Below are positions 41,720-56,637 of a stretch of 64,000 nt of DNA, piece after piece; the first letter of the stretch is position 1, and every line of letters begins with the position of its first letter. The translations under genes were made by a program, and so were the position numbers. Location of the stretch: NCBI GenBank assembly GCA_964016885.1, contig OZ024740.1:138694001-138758000 (forward strand), given 5' to 3'. Below the pieces are notes generated by a model. That model was given only the letters and a program-made list of their open reading frames with translations. It did not search any database and had not been told where the DNA came from. This DNA comes from Eledone cirrhosa (Eukaryota).

Positions 41720-42306
41720 TCAACAACCACTACTACAATTACAACCCCCACTATTACCACCACTATCATCACCACCAACAGCACCAACAAACTACCAACA
41801 ACCTAGGATCTCTATGAAAAAGTACCCAAATCGCCACTATCATCATCAAAACAACTACCACCACCACCGCCACCGCCAAAGCCAAAGCCAAAACAAAACC
41901 CCCTACCAACACCATTACCACAACAAATATCATAACCCAAACTTCCAAAATTACTTCTGCTATTACACAGCTTCAGTGTTTCAAAGAAAATCATAACAAA
42001 TCAACCACAATCCCCTCAGCCATCACTACTACCAGCAAATCCAACACCACTAACATCACCACACCACCAGTTCCATCACCACCACCGCCACCAACATCAC
42101 CACCTCAACCACCACCACCACCACCACCACCACCACCACCACCACCACCACCACCACCACCACCATCACCAAAACCACCCTTCACATCGACATCACCACC
42201 AAATCCAACACTACCAACAACGCCACCACCCCACCAACATCACCACCACTACCACCACTACCATCACCACAACCACCACCACCACCACCACCACCACCAC
42301 CATTAC
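41720..42306. repeat. (CAC)n-rich low-complexity tract
   Basis: Read directly. Confidence 0.9.
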
Positions 42307-42427
42307 CGTCGAAGGAAACTTTACCAAAACTATCCTGGAGATTACAACTCAGATTAAGCTACGAATGGCGTAGGATTTGTTTATTCCTCTATTTTGAGTT
42401 CAATACATATTGTTTTTATGTATGTAA

Positions 42428-42547
<120 letters not shown>

Positions 42548-42723
42548 TTATATATATATATATACATGTATATATATATTATATATATATTTTTTTATAC
42601 ATACATATATAAATGCGTGTGTGGCTGGGTGTATGTTTGCGTGTTTATATGTGTGTAAGTGTAGTTTAAGCAATATACTATTATAACGGAAAGATTACTC
42701 CAACATATTTAAATAGGCAAACG

Positions 42724-42780
<57 letters not shown>

Positions 42781-42797
42781 CATATGAAATATCTATA

Positions 42798-42864
<67 letters not shown>

Positions 42865-43056
42865 ATTGGATTCACAATCTCGAGGTTGTGAGTTCGATTC
42901 CTGGACCGGGCGATGCGTTATGGCCTTGAGCAAGACACTTTATTTCACGTTGTTCCTTCTATCTGGAGTTGCGACCGATAGATATTACTAGCACTGGAAA
43001 GACCGACGGAAGCATTGTTTCCTCGGTCCGATTTGACGAAAGTCGATCGATCCTTT

Positions 43057-43158
<102 letters not shown>

Positions 43159-43286
43159 GATAAATAGATAGATTGGGATTTACCAATCGTTCAGATATAT
43201 AACTCGATACTTGGGTAAGTTCTGTATGTATTTGTAAAGAGTTAGAGACCGACCGCTGAGCTCTTGCCGTCGTTCACTAATACTTT

Positions 43287-43380
<94 letters not shown>

Positions 43381-43947
43381 TATATGTGTGTATATATATA
43401 TATTGTGAAGTTATCAGCGATACTCATAGAACTGAGTAGCAGCATAATCTGAGTAGTATAATAAATAAATACACTATATATATACATATATATTCATACA
43501 CATAGACATTTGATTCTGTTAACTCAAATACATATGGATTCATGTTCGAAGGTCTTAGCCACGCATATTTTAAAAACTTATCAAATAATACACGTCACAC
43601 CACCGGGTTTGTCTTTCTAGCCCCACTTCCTACATATATGCCATCGTGTCACTTTTCTTTGTACTTTTTCTATTTCTCTACTTTCAAATGTTTACCGTTT
43701 CTATCTCTTTCTTCCATTTCAGTTGATGCAGTTAGGTTTGTAGCATTTTTACTTTTCGTATTCGTGTAATTCACCGAAAGTCTAAACTCATTCTGTGGCT
43801 ACCTGATTTGTTGGGTCATAATGTGCATAGAAAGAATAGTTTCAACCTTGATGGACAGAAACCATAGAAAATACCAGAGGTTGACTGAGAAGTGACTGTT
43901 ATTTTTTCCCTTGGTTTAACACTGTGCAGCCCCTGCTTTGAATATAT

Positions 43948-44007
<60 letters not shown>

Positions 44008-44104
44008 ATATATATATATATAATTAAGGCCAGTTACTACAACAATTATATTAAAACTCGCCCTTGAATTGCTCTATACGTTGGATATCTTTTCCAATCT
44101 ATTG

Positions 44105-44151
<47 letters not shown>

Positions 44152-44611
44152 TCAGTTCAAATGAACATATATATACGTGTTCATTTGAACTGAATTTTTT
44201 TTTTTCGCTACTCTAATTTCACGCCATTGCAATCTTTGCCTGAAGCTCGGAGTGGTAAAAACTGTGTAAATAAGACATATACTCTAGAACATGGGCTGAC
44301 TTACCTCTTCATCCTTCATTCAGAAAAGGTAGAGTTTGAGCACACACAGCTACATACATATTATATATATATATATATATATACATTCACACACAAACAT
44401 ATTGCTTTATGACATGAATATATGTATATGTGTCTTATTTGTATGTATGTGGATCTATTATATATATACACATGTATATTATATGTATATGTATATTATA
44501 CACAGCCACACACACACACACACACACATATTTATATATATATATATATTTGCGTGTGTGTGTATGTGTGAGTGTATATATATGTGTGTGTGTATATATG
44601 TATGTGTATGC

Positions 44612-44653
<42 letters not shown>

Positions 44654-44999
44654 ATAGCTGTCCGTGTGTATTTGTGTGTATAAGGAAGAAGAGATTAAGG
44701 AATCTCATTTTGCGAATATAAAATATTACACCCGTGTTAAATTAAGCCGAAGATTTCTACTTTCCCATCATGGTGCACGGGGAATGCAGTTCTGCTACAT
44801 CTATTGCATGATTATCTGTAATTCCTTACTACACCACCCCATATTTCTTGCAGTAGCAGTCACTGCCAGGTTTTTGCATTTTCGTCTTTCCATTCTGGAG
44901 ACTTAGCTTACTGTTGTCATAGTAACGAATTTCAAATACATTCATCAAGTAAGCATGGCTATCTGTCTGTCTGTCTGCTAATCTCTCTCTCTCCCCCCC

Positions 45000-45075
<76 letters not shown>

Positions 45076-45126
45076 TATATATATATATATATATAAATAT
45101 TTACACACACATATATATATGTATAT

Positions 45127-45183
<57 letters not shown>

Positions 45184-45270
45184 GTTAAACAAGGTTCAAT
45201 GAATAAATCAAAGAATGAGTTTTACAATAGATTGGAAGCACTCCACAGTCATGGTTTTCCGGAGTTATTA

Positions 45271-45436
45271 ATATTAATTCAAAATATTAACAAAAATAGA
45301 CATTCGTATGATCAAGTATATTTTATTATACATATTTCCTATTTCATTACTGATAGCTCAGTACCTCTGAAATATGTATAATAAAATATACTTGATCATA
45401 CGAATGTCTATTTTTGTTAATATTTTGAATTAATAT
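45271..45436. repeat. Hairpin with 68-bp arms and a 30-nt loop, abutting (TA)n
   Basis: 45271-45338 is the reverse complement of 45369-45436. Confidence 0.92.
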
Positions 45437-45675
45437 ATATATATAGGAAAAGAGTCAGGGATCCTGACTCTTTTCCTATTACCCACTCTACTACCCTAAG
45501 TATCGAGTACTCTGGTGCGCAATGGTCCACCTGGTTCCTTACCACACTGTCTTCGTTATATACATATATATATATATATATTTATTTATTTATTTATTAT
45601 AAATACAGATTAAGGTTTAAGCAAAGAATAGCTGCTTTCACTCTTAACAGGATCTTATATATGTGTGTGTGTGTA

Positions 45676-45714
<39 letters not shown>

Positions 45715-45866
45715 CCGTGTGTGTAGCTTCACAAACCGTTACTCCGAGTTTCGCGTTATCGTTGTTAGGACGAGAAAGGAAGTTGATTGGAACGGAAAAG
45801 AACCATTTCCGTTTCAATATCATTCAGTATTTAACTCTAATTCTGATAATGCTGGCCATTATTTTC

Positions 45867-46055
45867 TGGTGGATTGGGAGTATCGGTAGAGGGTCGGACG
45901 CCATGCTTTCCAGCATAGTTACGTCTCTTTACGGTCTGAGTTCAAATCCCGTCGAGGTTAACTTTGTCTTTCATCCTTACGGGGTCGATAAAATAAAGTA
46001 CCAGTAATGTACTGGGGTAATTGTTGGCCTTGTGTCAAAACTAGAAACCATTATT
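45867..46055 (+). mobile_element. Full-length SINE, family A
   Basis: Head, core and tail present; cattattt on both flanks. Confidence 0.88.
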
Positions 46056-46560
46056 TATTTGTAACGTTTTAACACTGATGTGCCAGTATATACATATGTG
46101 TGTCAGGAGAAAAAAAGAGAGGATGTCTGAGTGTGTGTATGTGTGGAGAGAGAGAGAGAGAGGTAATGCTTGATATATATGTGAATGTGTGTGTGTGTGT
46201 GAATGTGTGTGTGAATGTGTAAGCAGACAGAAATTATATCGAACCCATATCATTATGATCGTATGTTCAACTCCCTTACCACTAGCCCACGTGCCTTCAC
46301 TTATGGAGAGAACAAAGAGAGAATATTTATGTGTATGTGTGTGTGTGTGTGTGTGAGCGCGATTGTGTGTGTGTGCGCGCGCGCGTGTGTGTGCTGAGAC
46401 CAGAACTCAGAACTCTGGTACTTACACATGAAAGGTTAAAACGATATGGTGATATGGCAGACATATCTAACCCTTACGAACATGAAGAACGGACACTAAA
46501 CATGTATAACGATAATTATTCGAAATTTCCTTGCAATATTCAGCTACAAATAAAAAAAAA

Positions 46561-47190
46561 ATAATGATTTCTAATTTAGGCACATGGCCAGTAAATTAGA
46601 GTAAAGGAAAGTCGATTAAATAGACCCCAGTACTTGACTGGTACTTTATTTTATCGACCTGGAAAGGATGAAAGGTTAAGTTGACATCTGCGAAGTTTGA
46701 AAGTGCCAGTGATAAGAGTGTCGAAGGCGCCAACAGCTCTCCCAATCAGCACCCTGTTATAAATAAAAGAAATGGTTTCTGATTTTGGCACAAGGAGAGC
46801 AATTTTGGGGTAGAGGAAAGTCGATTAAATCCACCCGAGTGCGTTACTGGTACTCTATTTTATCGACCCCGCTAGGATGAAAGGCAAAGCTAACATCGGC
46901 AGGATTTGAACTCAGAACGCAAAGGAACGTAACTCAATGCCGCAAAGCATGTTGCCAATCCACCACTCTTAATAAATAAATGAAATAATGGTTTCTTATT
47001 TAGGAACAAGGCCAGCAATTTTGGGGAGAGGGTAAGTCGATTAAATCGATGCCAGTGTGTTACTGGTACTTTACTTTATGGACCCTCACATACGTGAAAG
47101 GCAAAGCTAAGCTAGCTTTCAGTTTAGAACGTAAAAAGATGCAGCGCATATTTCCCAACGCTCAACCAACATTGCCAATTCACCACCCTT
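46561..47190 (-). mobile_element. Three tandem older SINEs of family A (long subfamily)
   Basis: Units start at about 46561, 46771 and 46985 with aat(g)(a/g)tttc...ggcacaagg and contain an extra gtcgattaaatcgac segment. Other old copies lie at about 41175, 54360 and 55315. Confidence 0.8.
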
Positions 47191-47574
47191 AATAAATAAA
47201 TAAAATGATATACATCTTACAAACAACGGAATCATTCAGTGATGAGATACATACAACAAATCTCACACCAGAAATATCATATAATCCACAATACATATCA
47301 GATATCATATGTATATACCACCATTGGTACGTTGGGATATATTTCCCCGTGGTCTGTGTATTTATTTTTAACATGACTGTAAATCAATCTTATCAATGAT
47401 TTATGAGAATATATTTCTCATAAATTTATCTATATACACACATATATTTCACTTCCTTACTATGCATATATATAAGAGACCAAACTGTAACTTCGAAGTC
47501 ACTGTCATTCCTCTACATAGAACATAAATTTCTACACGTAACCTTCCAATACTGGAGGGTAGCGTGTAGAAATT

Positions 47575-47717
<143 letters not shown>

Positions 47718-50700
47718 TTCTAAAATTTTACAATTTTAATAATTGTGGTTCAAACGCTATAATTTTAAAATTCGCTAGAAATTTAAAAGATTATGATTAA
47801 ACTGGTCTTTAAGATTCTTACATTGGTAAACAAAAAATATTTCAAGATTCCAAACATCGTTTTTAATCTTTTAATATTTTAGATAAATTTGTATATGTAA
47901 AAGGTATTGAACCTTCATCGGTTTCGACGATGAACACTCACATTTTTCAGTTAAGGGAACGACCTACTCGTGAAATTATGTTGTAAACGTCGAAGTATAA
48001 CTGAAGTTTCACGCAGTTTCTGTCTACCCAATATCATTCGCAAAGTTTGGGCAATCTGAAAATAGTAAAGGTTTCCAGACAGTGAGATCGAAACTAGAAC
48101 CATGTGACTGTTGAGCGAACTTCTTAACTATGTGGTGAGCGAAGTAAGTATATATTATATCGATAATATATTTAACTTCTCTACATAATATAGAGTGGAT
48201 CTCCGTCGGTTTCGACGATGGGCGCTCCAGTTGTTCGCTCAACGGAACTGCCTGCTCATGAAATTAATACGTAAGTTGCTGAGCGTTCCACAGACGTAAT
48301 TCTTATAAAGATTCAGCTCGACTCAGTGTGTGACAAGGCTGGTCCTTTGCATTTCAAGTCCAGTCAATTTGATTGGCTTCCAAACAGTTTCCTTCTACCC
48401 AATTTCCCTCACAAGGCACGGGTCAACATGAGGCTATGTTAAATAACACTTGCCCAAGATGCCATGCTGTGGTATCGAACCCGGAACCCCAATGGCTGTG
48501 AAGAGAACTTATTAAACATTTAGCTATGCAGAAAATATATTTAACCCCTCTACCAAATATACATAATATATGAAAATAAGGTGTTATGGATATGTGAACT
48601 GCTGAGTAAACCACTCGAACTGTCACTCTGATTACTCAATAGTTCCAGACATGGAAGGAACCTCTTCATGAAACTGCTAATATCCATAATAGTTAAATCA
48701 TATTACACTATACTATCTTTGAAAGGAAAAAAACATGAAGCAGCTTTTATGCATTATATCCTAAAATAAGAAAATACGGAGGCTGGGACCCATTTTATAG
48801 GTCAACTCAGTGATAGCTGCACTGGAGTTAATCAACAATAACATAGTAAATTTCATCTGTCACCTGATTTTACATTACAATCTGATCCTTAGATACAGGG
48901 TCATCAAGAGAAATTTTACAAGTCGGAACCAAACTGTATTTTACCTCCGGGGAGAGGTGGAAGCGCTTCAAGGCATCAGATATCACGGCCCATTCTTTGG
49001 GCCGTCTATTCTTATACTGACTGAATTCTCTTTTCCTTGGATGCCTTTAGCTGCGTTCACTTTGAGGATACCTTCCACCCTCCTTCCCGACAGTCTTGGG
49101 GTATCTGAAAAGGAAGTTGTATTTTCCTCTATGACTAAACATAAAAAAACATCTATTTTCAAAGGCTTACAGAACACATAACAACCCACCTCTTCTTACC
49201 AAGCATACGGAAACACTTAATGGGTAGAATGATCTCAAAATGAGTCTTTTCACATTAACATTTAAAATGTGTTACATGCATACATATATACATATATATA
49301 TATATATACATATATATATTATATACACACACACATATATATATACACATATATATATATATATGTACACACACACACACATATATATATATATACACAT
49401 ATATATATATATATGTACACACACACACACACATATATATATATATGTATGTATGTATACAGTTATTTTTATTTTGTTAATGGTAATTTTGCAACATATT
49501 TTTCTTCCATTAAATTACTATTTACCACTTTCTATTTCTATTGTATTTCTTTATTTCTATATTTACCCATGCATTATCTATATTGTTTCTATTTCTACTC
49601 TTATCTCATTTCTACTTGAAACATATCTAATCTACATGGAATAGCATGAGTCAAAAAGGAGGCCACTACGGAAGTGATTCTCAAGCGGTGGTCTACTGCA
49701 TTGGCTATTAAAGTGTGCCACGAATATTTTAAAATAAGTCATTCAAGGTTTTAGAAAAGTCATACTAAAGCGTCTTGGAAAATGTCATTTGCAATTTTGT
49801 TGATAAATAAAATAAGATAAGTAATAATTTTCACGCAGTAATGGTGAATGTGATGGTAAAGGCGTTAATGGGATGTTACTGCTGTTGAAGATAATCTAAA
49901 AATGGCAAACAAGTCGATAGAGGAATCTGGTTAAATGCCTTTACGTTCTGAGTTCAAATCTCATCTGTATTATCTTTCCTTTTCATTCTTTCGGAGTCAA
50001 TAACATTGGGTTTCGGGGTGGATATAATCAACTCGAATGCACTGCCTCAGTACCACCAAGCAGAGTAAAGGTTACATCATATGAAACCTGTTAACTCTCC
50101 CCGTCCGACGGGGAGATCTCCCACCCACTTTGGGGTGGGTGACAGATGGATTCTCTTATGAAAATGGGTAAAGCTTTCCTTATCTAAAATCTCATTTTGC
50201 TTCATTTCTCCCCGTTTTGGGAGACTTTTTTTATGGTTCTCTCCGTTTGGGTTTTTAGAGGTTGGCAGGTCTGCCATATGGAACGGACCTCCGTTGATTT
50301 CGACAATGAAGTTTCAAGGTGTTCGATCAAAGGAACAGCCTGCGTCAGTGACTAAATACTAAACAGACCTGTATACCTTTAACGGAATTCTCGGAGAAAT
50401 TCAGCGTAACACACTGTGTGATAAGGCTGACCCTTTCAATTACAGATATAGTCCATCCAACGAGCTTACTGTGATATTGTTGTTGATGGTGGTTGTAATA
50501 GAAGCTGTTACAAAGGTAATAAGTAGAGAGAGGAATGTGGTGATGGACGTCATCGCCGTAGTTCACTTTGTAATTATATACTGTAGGTGTTTAGTCAAGA
50601 GTACACCGTTACATTCATGACATATACAATATTACACATACACACTCAGAAACACATATAAATATACTATAAAACAAACACACACGCACAAAAATAAACA

Positions 50701-50803
50701 TTACCTTAGCCTTCCACGCATGTCCGTGCATACTATTGGCTACCTGAACCCAATGATATGTAGACACACGCAACAACTATCCACCTCTCTCTCTATGTAT
50801 ATT

Positions 50804-50839
<36 letters not shown>

Positions 50840-50958
50840 CTGTATATATCAATCAATCTATTTATCTATCTATCTATTTCTTTCTTTCTTTCTATCACTG
50901 TCTCTTTATTTCTCTCTCTATCTATCTATTTCTTTCTTTCTTTCTTTTTTTCTTTTTT

Positions 50959-51065
<107 letters not shown>

Positions 51066-51693
51066 TTCTTTACTCACCACACAAAAACACACGTAGCCTC
51101 ACAAATAAACAAACGCGTCTACCCTCACATTCGGAAATGTACGCAAATATACATATACACATGTTACAGATTAACACGCACACACAATAACACTCACATA
51201 CACACACATATACATGGACATAAACAGAGGCTGACACACACACACACGCACACACACACACACGCGCACACACACACACACACACGACCAGATTTGCATA
51301 CATACACAAGCATACACATAAAATACGCACACACATAAAGACTCACACACATAAATTGCAGATACGCACACAGATCAAAGACAGACACACATACACTGAG
51401 ACACATTAATCGATATTTTCGTTTATTGATTGGCTAATTTTGCTCACCCTCTAAAATCTACTCCGTCCCTACCTTCACCCCGCCTCAACAGTTCATCGTT
51501 TGATTAAATCTACAATGAAAGATAAATAAATAGGCGCAATAATGGCTGTATGGTTAAGGATTTTGCTTCACTAACAAGTCTTTCTGGGTTCAGTTCCATG
51601 TGTTGACTAACCCCTTATGAGTGGAAATTGGTGAACAGAAAATATAGAAACCAGCCGTATATAATTGTGAGTGTATGTGTGAAATAAAGATAG

Positions 51694-51778
<85 letters not shown>

Positions 51779-51960
51779 ATGTGTGTGTATTTTAGCAGCT
51801 CAATCAAGACGGAGCCGTGGCATGGCCGCAGACTAATGACTGAAACTAGTGAAAGAATAAAATGTTTGACTTTTCCTGACAGTATTTCCAAACGCTAAAA
51901 TAAAATACGATAAATTGGAGAAGACGTCATCCCGCGTACCGAATTAAACTTTATTATATA

Positions 51961-52148
51961 TGGTGGATTGGCAGTATCGGTAGAGGGTCGGACGCCATGC
52001 TTTCCAGCATAGTTACGTCCCTTTACGATCTGAGTTCAAATCCCGCCGAGGTTGACTTTGCCTGTCATCCTTACGGGGTCGATAAAATAAAGTACCAGTA
52101 ATGCACTGGGTAATTGCTGGCCTTGTGCCTAAAGTAGAAACAATTATA
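51961..52148 (+). mobile_element. Full-length SINE, family A
   Basis: Close match to the 28879 and 45867 copies; attatatat on both flanks. Confidence 0.9.
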
Positions 52149-52334
52149 TATACATATATGGCCCTTGTGGCCAATAAATGAAATCATTATATATACATAT
52201 ATATTTCAATGTGGTCCTCATATATATGTGGTCGATAAGAGATGTCAACATGAATGGGCCTACTATTTTTATCTAAAGACATTTTTTCCAATTTAACCCG
52301 CCCGTCCCTTCAATCTATCTTATTTCTCATTCTT

Positions 52335-52370
52335 TCTTCTGATGAAGGATTAGCGTCCGAGACGTTAAGA
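52335..52370 (+). ncRNA. Minimal hammerhead-like motif, probably inactivated (GAAA changed to GAGA)
   Basis: TCTT-CTGATGA-a-GGA-ttagcg-TCC-GAGA-CG-TT-AAGA. Confidence 0.55.
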
Positions 52371-52456
52371 CATCCTTCCTGCTATTCCAAGCGTTAACTT
52401 AATATATTCCTTCTATATACTGTACCAATTGTGTTTGTTATTTCTGTTTCCCTTTT

Positions 52457-52563
<107 letters not shown>

Positions 52564-53154
52564 GATTTCTAACATTGGCACATGGTCACAATCTTGTGAT
52601 GGGTTGGTGAGAGCACATTCAAATAAATGAAAGGTCAGTATTTAATCGGTATTTTATCAATCCAGGAAGAATGAAAGAAAAGTTGACTTTGGTATGGGCT
52701 AAAATGATCTTCATCGTTAATAATTAAGATTTTAAAATAGCAAATTGCTCAAATTGAAAAATAATGGTGGCGCATAGTCCTGAATATAACGTAGTCTGCT
52801 GTCGTAGCTCAACCTGTCTGGCAATCTTGAGTACAATTATCTGACGTAGTGTAGTTTTATTTAATAGAGCAGCTGGTTTTCTGAAAATAACCTTAATTAT
52901 CTTTTGTTTTAGGTTTTGTCTTATTTTTCTGTGAACATTTTCTCGCCAAGGTCTACTAAAAACAGAACATTAAGTATATTTCATTAGATATAGTCGACAG
53001 TTGGACCATGTATTCGAGGTGACAACCACATCTACAAGCAAACTAACCCAATTTTCTAACTGCTTAACTATATTTGTCCACAGACAGATATGGCCCGTAA
53101 AGATTTTAAGTGCATAAGATAAACAGGTAGTTGCAAGCAGACAGATAGGCAGAC

Positions 53155-53245
<91 letters not shown>

Positions 53246-55741
53246 GAGTTCATTGAGTGAATTGGTGAGTAAGAGATTATTAGGTAGGTATTTAAATAGA
53301 CAGATAGACTGATAGCTGGGTATGGAGAGATAAGGAGATAGTTATACGGATAAGTTGAGTAGGTAGGTAGGTAAGTATGTGTGTATGTATGTATATGTGT
53401 ATATATGTATATATGTATGTATGTAAGTAGGTGAGTGGGTAGGTAGGTAGGTAGGTAGGTAGGTAGGTAGGTAGGTAGGTAGGTAGGTAGGTAGGTAGGT
53501 AGGTAGGTAGGTAGGTAGGTTGGTATGTAGGTTGGTAGGTTGGTTTGTAGGTAGGTTGGTAGGTAGTTGGATAGTCTATCAAAGTGAAAGCTGCGAAAGT
53601 ATAAGGCTAATAAATATCCTGGTAATTAAGATAATGACAAGGCTCCTGTATGGTATCTCAACATCAAAAGCAGATTGAGTAGTTTCAGTCGTCGGTTGTA
53701 GAGAGAATAACACCTATATCTTAATGATTCTGTTGCAACTATGATGTATGTATTTGTCTGTACCTGAGACTGACTGCGCAGGAGAATAGGGGGTGAGTGA
53801 ATTAGTGAAAGAAAGAAGAAGGAAGGCGAGTAGAAAAAATAATGTTACACAGAGAGACAACAGGAAAGATAAACAGAGAGATAAACCGACATAATGGAAG
53901 ACAAAGAAAGTATGAATGACCAACAACAAATATGATAATATGAGTGGAGAAAGATGCAGAGAGGAAGAGTGATAGAAAGAGAGGGTGGAATAATGAGACA
54001 AAGAGAAATAGTGATAAAGATCGGGAGAGAGTGAATAATGGTGACAGAGAGTGGTGTGGAAATATATATAGTAATACATAGTATTTCAGTATTCATTATT
54101 TTCTTCGTGTGACAGATCAAAAAGTTGTCATTAAGGTAGTCGATCTTAGTAGACGTCCTTGATCAATTCTATTAAAATTATTTCTTATTATTCTGATTTC
54201 TTGGTAAACTTAATGAATTCAACCAGTTTAAAGTCACCACTATTTTCCCCTTGGATGCCTTTAGCAGTGTCCGCTCTGTTGCAAACATACGGTGGTAGAT
54301 CTCCGTCCTTCCGGACACCGTCTCCTTGACGAAACAGTAAAAACAGCAACAAAAACAATAATAATTTTTAATTTAGTCACAAGGTCAGCAATTTTAGGGG
54401 AAGAGAAAGTCAATAATATCGACCTCAGTATTTGACTGGTGATTTATTTTATTGACCTCAGAACGATAAAAGGCTAAGTTGACCTCGACGAGATTTGAAC
54501 TCAGAACGTAAAGACACGAATACCGCAAAACATTCTGTCAAATGCTCTAACGATTCTACCAATCCACCGACTTTCCTTGCATCAAGTAATACAATAGTCC
54601 TATTTCAAGTAGGTATGGAATGTGTATTTCTCAGTTTCAACATGGCTGCAACCACTTGCAAAAAAAAAAGGTATACGTTTCCTTATGCTTTCGCTAATTA
54701 TCTATAATTTAACCAAGATGGTTTATGAATTTGCAAGGCAGTAGAAGAAGTATTATTCATCACAGTAAATGGTAAATGGACCTTCGTCGATTTCAACGAC
54801 GATTGTTCCCGTTAGTCGATCAATGAAACTGCCTGTTCGTTAAATTAACATGATGCACACCAGTCATCACCGCAGCCAATAGGTTGTCAGAACAGGAGAC
54901 CGCATTAAATAGTAAGACAAGACCAGACTGCTGATAGACCTTAGTCAGGGTTTTTTATTTACTTATTTCAAACAGCCTAGTGAAATGACGCAGCACGTAG
55001 GGGGTTCTGTTCAGAAATAAAACGAAATGACAAAACTGGATTTGAACATGTAACCAACCAGATGGCAATCCAGCACCATAGCTAACTTGCCATTCCCTCG
55101 TTACTGCTGATGCAAGGAGTTAGTGATAAAGTAAAGTTTCATCGCTGAATTAACCACACGTTATGTCTTATGCTATTATTCCCCAAATGTCTATCTTTTT
55201 CAAGTGTGGGAATGGGAATCCGCGCAGTAAGGTTGGCTCTAGACAATACAACTAACATGGTTTCAACATTTCTCTTATTCTTGAGGCAAAAAGAAAATGC
55301 AAGCAACTTTATAAAATAATTGTTCCTACATTAGGCACAAGGCCAGCAATTTGAAGGGGAGGGGAAAAATCGTTTGAATCGACACCAGTGCATTACTGGT
55401 GCTTTATTTTATCGACCCTGTAAGGATGAAAAGCAAAGCTAACATCGGCGGGATTTGAACTCAGAACGTAACGGGCCATAAATCTATGCCAACAAGCATG
55501 TTGTCCGACGCTCTACCGAACAAAATGTTTAGTGACGTAAAGTTACGTCCCTTTGCGTTCTGAGCTCAAATCGCGGCGAAAAAATAAAGGCACCGGAAAA
55601 CGAGTGGAGAATATACCGCTCGAAATAAAATGCAAATAAAACTCAAACGGTGGGAGATGGTTCCTAAAACAATATTTACTACACTTTGTATACAATATGT
55701 TAATATATGTAATCATACAGGTGTAAATAGCTATGTCTCTT

Positions 55742-55882
55742 GATGGTGCCGAAACTGCTGGACGATGAGCAGGAGCGGGACATGCGGGTGTGCCAGGACC
55801 TTCTGGAGTGTCATGAAACTGAACCAGTCTTACTGGGGACTCATCGCCAGTGATGAGTTATGGCTCGTTAAGTACGACCCGG
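55742..55882 (+). mobile_element. Mariner transposase internal fragment
   Basis: MVPKLLDDEQ...VCQDLL...IASDELWLVKYDP, matching the WVPxxL and ITGDETW..YDP motifs. Confidence 0.65.
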
Positions 55883-55964
55883 TGTGAGTGTGTGCGCGTT
55901 CTTATTTCTTTATATAGGTTATCCAACACTAAAGTATCAATCAACATCGTATAACAATTTGGCA

Positions 55965-56272
<308 letters not shown>

Positions 56273-56326
56273 ATATATATATATATATACATTCATACAT
56301 ACATACACACATAATACTTATATACA

Positions 56327-56365
<39 letters not shown>

Positions 56366-56423
56366 CAAAGGAATTGTGGTAAGGAACCAGATGGATCATA
56401 ACGCACGTCGGGGTCATACTTTT

Positions 56424-56497
<74 letters not shown>

Positions 56498-56605
56498 ATG
56501 TGTGTGTGTGAATGTGTGTGTGTGTGTGTGTGTATATATTTATGTATGTTTGTGTATATATATGTATTTATTTATATACATACATAAATAAATACACACA
56601 CACAT

Positions 56606-56636
<31 letters not shown>

Positions 56637-56637
<1 letters not shown>

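Noticed and set aside
49030-49055. ccttggatgcctttagc shared with about 54249-54265
   Set aside because: The match is short; it probably belongs to an old repeat, but I could not define its boundaries.
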